32,000 nt of DNA from an uncultured Nitrososphaerota archaeon (GTDB taxonomy: Archaea > Korarchaeota > Korarchaeia > Korarchaeales > Korarchaeaceae), in assembly GCA_964480775.1 (NCBI GenBank), contig CAYZRF010000006.1, positions 49,471 through 81,470 on the forward strand. Direction: 5' to 3'. This document shows, in pieces, positions 8,689-16,758 of the stretch. The notes beneath the pieces are model-generated. The model ran no database searches. It was not told where the DNA came from and worked only from the letters and a program-made list of their open reading frames with translations. Each line of letters begins with the position of its first letter. The stretch's first letter is position 1. A program made the position numbers and the translations under genes.

Positions 8689-9828
8689 TCAAAATGTTTG
8701 TTCATCTCTTAATAGGAACTTGTCGAGCAAATCTCTTGCTCTTTCTCTCTTGTGTTGATGTTCCTCCAAGAACTCAACTATCCTTCCTATAAGTTCTTCC
8801 TTGCACTCACCACAAAGAAGGTCGCCAGATGAACATCTTGACCTTCGCTCCTCAAGGGCTTTGTCATCCTCTTCGAATATAAAAGCATAGTAGAAGAATA
8901 CTGGACAAATGTCTGGATTACCTCCTTTCTCCTTTTGTTCGGCCACCGTAGGCCTACCTCCTGTAAAAGCATTCCAGATCTTCCTTCTAACTACGTCTGG
9001 TGTATCAGTAGTGAATATCGCGCTCATTGCTTCACTTGAACTCATTTTTCCTGCCCCAGAGAGGCTGGGCAAGAACTTGCTATGAAATATTGCAGGTTTA
9101 TAGAACCCAAGTTTAGGGGCCACATCTCTTGCAACCCTGAAATGAGGATCTTGATCTACTGCTAATGGTATTAGACATGGAATGTTTTTTCCAGACAAGA
9201 AGGACTCTATAAATGCTGGAGCGGCTTGAATGCTGGTAAAGAATATCTGACCTATGTTTGAACTCTCTGTAAAGCCAAAGACAGATCTAACCGTTGAAAA
9301 AGTTATCTTCTTGGCACAACCAAGTGCTATCTTGTACAATATCCCAATGTAGTCAGTATCTAAGAATATTCTGGTTTTTTCTTGATCAAAACCCAATGCA
9401 ATTATGTCTAACGCATTGTCTAGCGCATATTTTCTAGTTTTTTCAAGGGTTAATTCTGGCTTAAAGAGGAATTTCTCATCATCGGTCATCTGAAAGTAAA
9501 GTTTTACGTCAAATCTTTCTTGCAACCACTTAGTTAGGAACCACGGAACCATATGGCCCAGGTGTGTTTGACCAGAAGGCCCTCTTCCAGTATAGAGATA
9601 GAATTTTTCTCCCTGTTCATATCTGTCTAGTATCCAATCCAGATCCCTGTGAGCGAAGAAGATCCCTCTTCGCAACAATTTATGTGAATCTCCAGCTAAT
9701 TTGGTTATTCTTTTGTATAGTTCTTCATTTAGGGGAGTTAGACCGAATTCTTCTACTAACCTCTCATAATTTACTTTTCCACGCACTTCCCAAGGAGTTA
9801 CTTTGAACTCATCGTTGGCTTTCCTCAA
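8689..9828 (-). CDS. trpS: tryptophanyl-tRNA synthetase (archaeal/eukaryotic type)
   Basis: Class I HIGH-type motif GQTHLGH and KMSKS-type motif KMSSS. The VTPWEV N-terminus is typical of archaeal TrpRS. The TTG start has AGGAGGG 7 nt upstream. Confidence 0.93.
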   Translation of the reverse strand: MRKANDEFKVTPWEVRGKVNYERLVEEFGLTPLNEELYKRITKLAGDSHKLLRRGIFFAHRDLDWILDRYEQGEKFYLYTGRGPSGQTHLGHMVPWFLTKWLQERFDVKLYFQMTDDEKFLFKPELTLEKTRKYALDNALDIIALGFDQEKTRIFLDTDYIGILYKIALGCAKKITFSTVRSVFGFTESSNIGQIFFTSIQAAPAFIESFLSGKNIPCLIPLAVDQDPHFRVARDVAPKLGFYKPAIFHSKFLPSLSGAGKMSSSEAMSAIFTTDTPDVVRRKIWNAFTGGRPTVAEQKEKGGNPDICPVFFYYAFIFEEDDKALEERRSRCSSGDLLCGECKEELIGRIVEFLEEHQHKRERARDLLDKFLLRDEQTF

Positions 9829-10034
9829 AGAATATCCCTCCTAAAAACAGCTGGTTAATTCTTTTGTGACTTATTCTATCTACCTCTAAGGTAGACAGAG
9901 CGAGACCAAAAACCAACACCAGATCTCATAATCAATTATTTCGTTTTTCATCATTAGATAAAAACATAATGTGATGAATCTTTCTAACATCATCATTACT
10001 TTATTAAGATTGAGGAGACATATAACAAGCGAAG

Positions 10035-10658
10035 ATGCCAACTTCAGAATCTGAAGAATCTGTTGTGAGGTGGACTGCTGAATCCCTTTCTATAACTGCA
10101 GTTGGTATTTGGACTGCTATTTTTCTACTTTGGGCTCTTTACAGTGGGAAACTTAGCCTAGAGCAGGGAATAGCATCTCTAGCTCAAATAGGTTTTATTC
10201 TACTAATTTGGGGAATAGGTGCGCTCATCGTTGCGGGTGGAAGCGGATTAATCTATGGAATGACTGCGAAGAAGGAAGAAGTTGTTAAGGTGGAGGAAAT
10301 AGCCCCACCAAATGCTTTCTTAGGGCCTCATCCACAAGCAGTAAAGGCTGGTCGCTTTATATTTGTGTCATATCAGCTTCCTTTGAATCCTGTAACTGGT
10401 CAGATAATAAAAGGAGATACACTATTACAGGCAAGAGCAGTCCTGGATTCGTTAAAGAATCTTTTACTCTCGAATGAGAAGGGCCTAGAGGATGTCATCA
10501 AACTAACCTTCTATGTAACAAGTCTAGAAAAACAACACGATGTTGAGAGAGCCTACTTAGAAACCTTTACTCATGGAAGGCCTGCTATGACTATAATTGA
10601 AGTTTCAGGACTTCCTTTTGGAGTTGATGTGGCCCTAGATGCTATAGTCAGGGCGTAA
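10035..10658 (+). CDS. Rid (YjgF/YER057c/UK114) family domain fused to an N-terminal two-helix membrane segment
   Basis: Two hydrophobic stretches are ITAVGIWTAIFLLWALY and IGFILLIWGIGALIVAGGSGLIYGM. A Rid-like domain follows: GPHPQAVKAGRFIFVS.QLPLNPVTGQII ... VIKLTFYV ... PAMTIIEVSGLPFGVDVALDAI. Confidence 0.7.
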   Translation: MPTSESEESVVRWTAESLSITAVGIWTAIFLLWALYSGKLSLEQGIASLAQIGFILLIWGIGALIVAGGSGLIYGMTAKKEEVVKVEEIAPPNAFLGPHPQAVKAGRFIFVSYQLPLNPVTGQIIKGDTLLQARAVLDSLKNLLLSNEKGLEDVIKLTFYVTSLEKQHDVERAYLETFTHGRPAMTIIEVSGLPFGVDVALDAIVRA

Positions 10659-12108
10659 TAAGCCCTGACTCCAAGAATTTCCTTCTTATGGTACCGTAGG
10701 CAGTCAAGGCAGCCATAGCAGTAGCAGCTCTTTCTGGTGTTGGATAGGCAGGAAAACCGAGTTCTTCAAATTTTTCTCTAAATGCAACTGCGTATTCGCC
10801 TTGACCTATATCACAAAAAACGATGGGTTTATCAACTCCTCTTGCAACCTCGGCTAATTTTTCAGGAAGAGCGCCAGTTAGCCCAGGCACATGGTGCAAG
10901 GCTAGAACAATTATTCCATCAACGGCCGGACTCTCTAAAAGGATCTCTAAAGATTTCACATAGGCTTCATCATTTGTAGATCCGGTTAGATCAATTGGAT
11001 TTTTAACAGAAGCTATTGGTGGAATTATTCCCCTGTGTTTAAGCTCTTCAAGCCTTTCTTCTGTCTCTCCAGATAGATCTGCAATAATCTGACCTCTGCT
11101 TTCCAGTTCGTCGACGGCCATAACGCCAGCACCCCCACCGTCAGTTAACACGGCAATGCGCTTTCCTTTAGCTGGTGGTTGCATGGAGAGAGCCTTTGCT
11201 ACATCGAAGAGTTCTTCAACATTATTTACTCTTATTATGCCCGCCTGTCTAAAGGCCGCATCATATACGTCATCTCTTCCTGCCATTGCGGCCGTATGAG
11301 AAATGGCTGCGCGGGTCCCAGCCTTGGTTCTAGCTGCCTTTAATACAACGATGGGCTTACTAAGAATCGCTCTTCTAGCTGCATCGATGAATTCCTTACC
11401 TCTTACAAGAGATTCTATGTAAACTAGGATGACACGGGTTTTATAGTCGTTTGCTAGATAATCTATGAGTTCTGCTTCATCCACATCAGCTCTGTTTCCA
11501 TAGCTAACGAACTTTGCTAAACCGAGTCTTTCACCAGCCATGTAGTCTAAACAAGCCACTCCAAAAGCCCCAGATTGAGTTATAAGCGAGATAGATCCAG
11601 ATTTCGGGCGCGGGAAAGATTCAAAGATCTTTCCTCCAATCTCTTTTTCGTAGGGAAGAAACATGGTATCTACTCCAGTTTCTGGACATAATATTCCTAT
11701 GCAGTTTGGCCCGACTACCCTGATACTGTGCTTCTTTGCGGTTTCAACTAATTGTTTCTGTAAATCAATCCCTTCCCCACCTATTTCAGCAAAACCTCCG
11801 CTAATTACGACAATATTCTTTGTACCAAGCTTTCCGAGTTCATCAACAGCTCTAGGAACTAGCTTGGCTGGAATTGCTATGACGGCCAGATCTGGTGGTG
11901 AAGGTAGCTGGGATATTGATGGATAAGTGGCAACGCCCAAGATCTCTCTAGCGTCGGGGTTAACAGCATATAATTCGCCTCTAAACACCCCTCTGTCTTT
12001 GTTCTCCTTTAGAATTCGCAAAATCTCGTGTCCAACTTTACCTGGCTTTCTGGAGGCACCTATAATCGCTATGGTATCTGGATAGAAGAACTTGTCGAGG
12101 AGTAACAT
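10648..12108 (-). CDS. acdA: acetyl-CoA synthetase (ADP-forming) alpha subunit / CoA-binding acyl-CoA synthetase
   Basis: N-terminal CoA-binding motif IAIIGASRKPGKVGHEI, and the phosphohistidine-loop-like AISHTAAMAG. Size and domain order are typical of the ACD alpha subunit. Confidence 0.9.
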   Translation of the reverse strand: MLLLDKFFYPDTIAIIGASRKPGKVGHEILRILKENKDRGVFRGELYAVNPDAREILGVATYPSISQLPSPPDLAVIAIPAKLVPRAVDELGKLGTKNIVVISGGFAEIGGEGIDLQKQLVETAKKHSIRVVGPNCIGILCPETGVDTMFLPYEKEIGGKIFESFPRPKSGSISLITQSGAFGVACLDYMAGERLGLAKFVSYGNRADVDEAELIDYLANDYKTRVILVYIESLVRGKEFIDAARRAILSKPIVVLKAARTKAGTRAAISHTAAMAGRDDVYDAAFRQAGIIRVNNVEELFDVAKALSMQPPAKGKRIAVLTDGGGAGVMAVDELESRGQIIADLSGETEERLEELKHRGIIPPIASVKNPIDLTGSTNDEAYVKSLEILLESPAVDGIIVLALHHVPGLTGALPEKLAEVARGVDKPIVFCDIGQGEYAVAFREKFEELGFPAYPTPERAATAMAALTAYGTIRRKFLESGLITP

Positions 12109-12176
12109 TGTATTTAATGGTGGGTGATCAAAAAATTAAACTACACTGCCAAGTTCTAGAAAGTATCGCTGTTGAC

Positions 12177-12181
12177 AAAAA
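12177..12181 (-). terminator. oligo-T tract (T5 on the minus strand) downstream of the tubulin-like gene
   Basis: A5 on the plus strand, 36 nt past the TAG stop at 12217-12219. A second T6 lies at 12130-12135. Archaeal terminators are oligo-T runs. Confidence 0.3.
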
Positions 12182-12216
12182 CCTCTCGAGGGCTTTAGCG
12201 TTCCATCGTAGGAAGG

Positions 12217-13404
12217 CTAAGTTGACTCTAGATCAAGAGCTTGTTTTAATTCTCTAGCTTTCTGCCTTTTTCTTGCTACTTCCTCAGAATGCTGGCTTAT
12301 TTTCTGAAGAAATTGTTCCAATTCACCTTGATCGGTTCCCTCCACAGAACTAAGCAATTCTTCATGGAGGTCGAAGTAAACTTTTGCAATGTCAACAAGC
12401 TTTGTTATTTTAGGTATTTCTGGCTCAACTAAGATCACTGCAACGTCAGATTCTTCTGAACCTTCTTCTAACCTTCGCAAGCCACTTGCAATATCAATTC
12501 CATTTATTTTGCGGAGGAAAAACTTCTTTACATCCAAAAATCCTTTAACACTGAAGTTTTCTTCCGGAATTCTGAGCACAAAAACCGCCCTAAAAGCAGT
12601 TTCTGGGTCACACTGTGCCATCTTACCTTCTTCAAGAGCGAGTTCAGCCAGTAGATCGAGTACATTACCAACAGTCTCTGACCTAACTCTGGCATAGCAG
12701 GGTACACAAAGTGTAGCCTCTTTCATTTTTAAGATGGATTTGAGACTTTGAGCCGATAAATCTCCTCCTATACCGGTTCCTAGGGAAGATGTCTCTTCAA
12801 ACATGGCTTCAAGGAAGGACGAGATCTTTTCATTGACCTCTATCAAACCCCCACCAACACCCTCTTTGCTTGGTGAAGGAACAAACAAGTCGTTATCTAT
12901 CAAAAGGATGGAATCAGCATGCTCTAAAAGATTAGAAATGGAGATTATGGAGTTATACGAGAACTTTATAGGTTCAATTGGATACATGAAAGGGAGAATT
13001 CCTAGAACGATAATTGGAGGAACAACGCTCTTGTCAGAGAAATATTCTCTCAGATATTTAACAAAAACAGGAGTAGCCCCAGCCCCCGTTCCTCCACCCA
13101 GCGCAGCAAACACCATTATTACTGGTGCTCGCTCGACTTTATTCTCACTAAGGTATTTCATTATCTTCTTTTTGCTGTCGTCCTCTAGCATTAGTTTCAT
13201 GGCTGACTTCCATTGACCACCAACACCCTCTCCAGACTCTCCTAATAAGATGAAGTTCTCCTCTAGCGAAGTCAATTCATCTGCTGTTCTTTGAGAAGTA
13301 TCCAATGCCAATGTTCCGAAAAATCGTTCCTGTCCCATCTTTGAATATACTTGATCTAAAACTCTAACTCCGCCAGATCCTATACCAATGCCAAGTAATT
13401 TCAA
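12217..13404 (-). CDS. divergent FtsZ/tubulin-superfamily GTPase
   Basis: Motifs in canonical order: GIGIGSGG (T1), GEGVGGQW (T3-like), GGGTGAG (signature, nt 13078-13098), ILPF, and DSILLIDND (FtsZ-like). A C-terminal beta domain and a charged helical tail follow. The TTG start has AGGAGG 8 nt upstream and overlaps the upstream stop. Confidence 0.8.
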   Translation of the reverse strand: MKLLGIGIGSGGVRVLDQVYSKMGQERFFGTLALDTSQRTADELTSLEENFILLGESGEGVGGQWKSAMKLMLEDDSKKKIMKYLSENKVERAPVIMVFAALGGGTGAGATPVFVKYLREYFSDKSVVPPIIVLGILPFMYPIEPIKFSYNSIISISNLLEHADSILLIDNDLFVPSPSKEGVGGGLIEVNEKISSFLEAMFEETSSLGTGIGGDLSAQSLKSILKMKEATLCVPCYARVRSETVGNVLDLLAELALEEGKMAQCDPETAFRAVFVLRIPEENFSVKGFLDVKKFFLRKINGIDIASGLRRLEEGSEESDVAVILVEPEIPKITKLVDIAKVYFDLHEELLSSVEGTDQGELEQFLQKISQHSEEVARKRQKARELKQALDLEST

Positions 13405-15182
13405 TCTAGAACTCCTCCTTTTATCTCGACGATAAAACCATCAAGTACGCCCCCTACTTTGTCAATTTCTTTTCTAAGCTTTTTATAATCAGTCTCATCC
13501 TCTATCAATTCAATCTTATCTTCTATGCTCTTTAACTTCATAATAATTCCTTCTAATACCCCCTTCTCTTTTTCCTTTAACGTTTGAACTTGAAGAATAT
13601 CTTCTATTTTCTTCCTTATCTGTAGGATTCTTGATCTAAGATCCTCCTTCATTTTATTTGCTCTTATTTCCGATTTACCTTTTGCAAGAAAGAGAGACTT
13701 CTCTTTTTCTACAATTTTCCCTTCTCTTATTAGTCTTTTTACGACCCAACCCCTCCACTCTTGAGGAACTGAGGATATCTGCTCTACCGCTACCCCCTCG
13801 TTCTTTGAAAGTTCCTTGATCAACCTGTTTCTCCAAATAGGATACATTTTCTCAGCGTCTTCTAGTTTTTGTTTCCAAGTTTCTAGTTTATCCGATGCCT
13901 CTCTTAAATAGGAAAGAAGAGATTCGACTCTTTGAATTGAAGCTTTGGGTGGCAAAATAAGCTTCATCTCTTCTTTCCATCCATTTATCCCAGCTAGAGA
14001 TCTTAGTTCACTATCGGCCCTAGAAATATCCTTGATGAGTTCACCAATAATAATGATCTTATCTATAAGATCTTCAATGACTTTAAGCTCGTGGTCTCTC
14101 TCTCTAAATTTATCCACCGATCTCAAAGTATTTTCTTGTTTTACTAAGTTTATCCTTTGAACTAGGCTGTAATAGACGCCTTCGAATGTTCCTCTGCCAA
14201 CAATAGAATCTATTATCAGACAGGTTCTGAGTGCCCTAGGTAATTTCTTCTCAGCCCTCCTCAAACGATTTGTAAATGCTTTAATTTCCTCTATAATTGC
14301 TAAAGATCCAAGAAGATCTTTTCTCATAATCTCTAATGCAGTCATTTTTTCTCCAATGTTGCTCCTATCTGTTTTGATTTCCTTCTCTTGCATTGATTGA
14401 AGTAAGTATGAGGTCCTGTCAACTAGTTCTTTAATGAAAGGAGCATCCACCCCCTTTTGGTTGATGAATTTCAAATTTTTCTCTAAGCGAGTTAACAACA
14501 ATTTATTATCTTCTAACAACTCTTCCATGTGTTTCTGAATCCTTAAAATCGATTCAAGCCTGATCTTTGCTTCTGAAAGACCCGTATCTATTCTATTGAT
14601 CTCTTCAATACTTTCCATGAGTTCTGATGCGTTTAAATGAATGGATTGTTCGATATCATCAAGAACATAGCCTGCTTTTTCTATCGGTGCAAACGATTCT
14701 TCTTCTACTTTTAACTCCGTAATAAGCCCCTCAACCTCTTCTAGCCTATTTCTAACTTTTTTAGCTCTTGATTTTAATGCTGAAAGGAGATCCTTTTCTA
14801 TTTCTATCAAAATATTCTCTATTAATTCAACAAGCGCCACAATTTTCTCTCTATACCTCCTAATGCTGCCACTTAGAAGAACTGATCTGTTCGCTAAGAT
14901 CTTCTTGTTGTAAAAGGGATCCCTAGTCATATTGTCCAATAACTGTAGCAACTTCTGCTGGATGGCCTCTCTGGACGCTTTGTACTTAGTTATTATTTCT
15001 GGTGCTATGCTATAGTATCTTTCGAATAATTGTTCAATTATCTCTATTTTGTTTAATATCATTATAACATCTTCCAACAGACCATCCTGTGAAAGGTTCT
15101 CAACTAAAAGTGCTGCTTGCTTCCTTCCGTGACGTTTTATTAATGTCTCTTCTAACAGCTTTCGCCCCTGAGAGAACTCCAT
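13401..15182 (-). CDS. 593-aa coiled-coil protein with a winged-helix-like segment (residues 446-502); partner of the tubulin-like GTPase
   Basis: Long uninterrupted ORF with an ATG start, rich in E/K/L/I heptad-like helices. No NTPase or TM motif. The stop overlaps the downstream TTG start (TTGA). Confidence 0.85.
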   Translation of the reverse strand: MEFSQGRKLLEETLIKRHGRKQAALLVENLSQDGLLEDVIMILNKIEIIEQLFERYYSIAPEIITKYKASREAIQQKLLQLLDNMTRDPFYNKKILANRSVLLSGSIRRYREKIVALVELIENILIEIEKDLLSALKSRAKKVRNRLEEVEGLITELKVEEESFAPIEKAGYVLDDIEQSIHLNASELMESIEEINRIDTGLSEAKIRLESILRIQKHMEELLEDNKLLLTRLEKNLKFINQKGVDAPFIKELVDRTSYLLQSMQEKEIKTDRSNIGEKMTALEIMRKDLLGSLAIIEEIKAFTNRLRRAEKKLPRALRTCLIIDSIVGRGTFEGVYYSLVQRINLVKQENTLRSVDKFRERDHELKVIEDLIDKIIIIGELIKDISRADSELRSLAGINGWKEEMKLILPPKASIQRVESLLSYLREASDKLETWKQKLEDAEKMYPIWRNRLIKELSKNEGVAVEQISSVPQEWRGWVVKRLIREGKIVEKEKSLFLAKGKSEIRANKMKEDLRSRILQIRKKIEDILQVQTLKEKEKGVLEGIIMKLKSIEDKIELIEDETDYKKLRKEIDKVGGVLDGFIVEIKGGVLD

Positions 15183-15194
15183 TGATGATATCTA

Positions 15195-15213
15195 GTTAGA
15201 ATATCGTTCTAAC
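15195..15213. promoter_or_regulatory. inverted repeat GTTAGAA-n5-TTCTAAC abutting the TATA-like element (15214-15222, minus strand TTTTATATT) of the coiled-coil/tubulin-like operon
   Basis: A perfect 7-bp inverted repeat lies between the putative TATA box and the ATG at 15182. Confidence 0.35.
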
Positions 15214-15309
15214 AATATAAAATAGTGAACTCTTAGTCAAGGGAAAGAGTAGCATTCTACAGACAAAATAATTCCTAAAGCCACCAACACGTTTTTCTTA
15301 AGCAAAAGT

Positions 15310-16593
15310 CTATTGTAGAGCTTTTGATAGTAGAAGGCCAAGCCTCTTTATTCCTTCTTTGATATCCTTTGGACTAAGGTACGAATAACCGAGCCTCATG
15401 CCATTAGTTTCTGGCTTTAAAACTTCTATTGATTCCCTATCAGGGAAATATGCATATCCAATTCTCGGATAAAATGCTGTTCCAGGCACGTATACAATAT
15501 CATTTTTAAGTGCAACCTCTTCTAAGAACTTCTTTGAATCGAATTTGGCGTTATAAGCACTCCACCAAATAAAGAAACCCCCTTTAGGATCTGTTCTCTT
15601 GCCATCAGGGAAATATTCATCAATTGTTTTCTTCATTACTTCACATCTTTTCTTGTATCCCTCTCTGATCTCTTCAATATGTTCTTTGAAATAGTTCTGG
15701 TAGTAGAGCTTTGCGAGCATTTGCGTTATGACTGGTGTGTTAAGGTCTATGTAGCCCTTAGACTTTATTACCTCCTTCTTGAGTTCTGAAGGAAGGACCG
15801 AATAACCTATTCTAAAGACTGCTGCCTCTTTGCTTGAAGATCGAAGATAAGCAACGGTCGAGTTATCAACATCAAAAGACTTTATGGGAGGTATTCTTTC
15901 CTCACAGAACTGAATTTCGCGGTATGCTGAGTCCTCCACTATCAATATTCCTTCATCATGTGCAACTTCGAATAACTCCTCTCTTCTTTTGAGAGGCATT
16001 GTAGTGCCCGAGGGGTTGTCAGAATCTGGTATAACGTAAACTAAGTCTGGTTTCTTTCCAAATTTTTCATTACTCAACTTAATTGCTCTTTTGACGTGTT
16101 CTGGATCAATTCCCTGCTCTGTCATCGGGATAGTAACTATTTTTGCCCTGAATTTCAATACTGTGTTTACAAAACCAAGGTAAGCTGGTCTTGGAACTAT
16201 AATCACATCTTCAGGGTTTAACAGTACGTCCAGAATTGTATAAATGGCTTGTTGAGAACCTGTTGTGATCAAGACATCCTCCCAATTAACATTTAAGCCA
16301 TCTCTTTCTCTCAACAAATTGGCGAGGGTTTCTCTAAGGTCTTTTAATCCCTCAGTTGGACAATAATTGAATATATCTATTACCTTGTGATTAAAACCCT
16401 CCTCTACAAGTTGTAAGCAATATTTACCAAGTTCAACAAGGATATTAGATAGGGCTCTTGTCGGAAGAACTCCTGGCTTTCCTCCTGCGAAATAATACCT
16501 TACTTTGAATCGTAGAAGCCTTCTAATCTCCGATTCCGGTACTAGCTGTGTCCAAGTAGCGAAATCGAAGGCTTTAGATAGAGGTTTTACCAA
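15310..16593 (-). CDS. class I/II PLP-dependent aminotransferase (ARO8/LysN-like, 2-aminoadipate or aromatic aminotransferase family)
   Basis: YFAGGKPGVLP resembles the LysN/ARO8 FAGGxP motif. SSSK is the candidate PLP-lysine region. The 427-aa length fits. TTG start with GGTG upstream. Confidence 0.85.
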   Translation of the reverse strand: MVKPLSKAFDFATWTQLVPESEIRRLLRFKVRYYFAGGKPGVLPTRALSNILVELGKYCLQLVEEGFNHKVIDIFNYCPTEGLKDLRETLANLLRERDGLNVNWEDVLITTGSQQAIYTILDVLLNPEDVIIVPRPAYLGFVNTVLKFRAKIVTIPMTEQGIDPEHVKRAIKLSNEKFGKKPDLVYVIPDSDNPSGTTMPLKRREELFEVAHDEGILIVEDSAYREIQFCEERIPPIKSFDVDNSTVAYLRSSSKEAAVFRIGYSVLPSELKKEVIKSKGYIDLNTPVITQMLAKLYYQNYFKEHIEEIREGYKKRCEVMKKTIDEYFPDGKRTDPKGGFFIWWSAYNAKFDSKKFLEEVALKNDIVYVPGTAFYPRIGYAYFPDRESIEVLKPETNGMRLGYSYLSPKDIKEGIKRLGLLLSKALQ

Positions 16594-16758
16594 GAGCTTA
16601 CACCAAGGTCTATATTTTCTAGTTAAAAATATAAACTATTCCAGCCAAAAACCTAGTGATAGCAGTTATTCTATGCCTCAGCAGCCTTCTGTGTATGTTA
16701 TGATCGTTCATCTAATTTACGATCTGCTTTTGTGCACGATTTTTCCTTCAAAAAAGAT

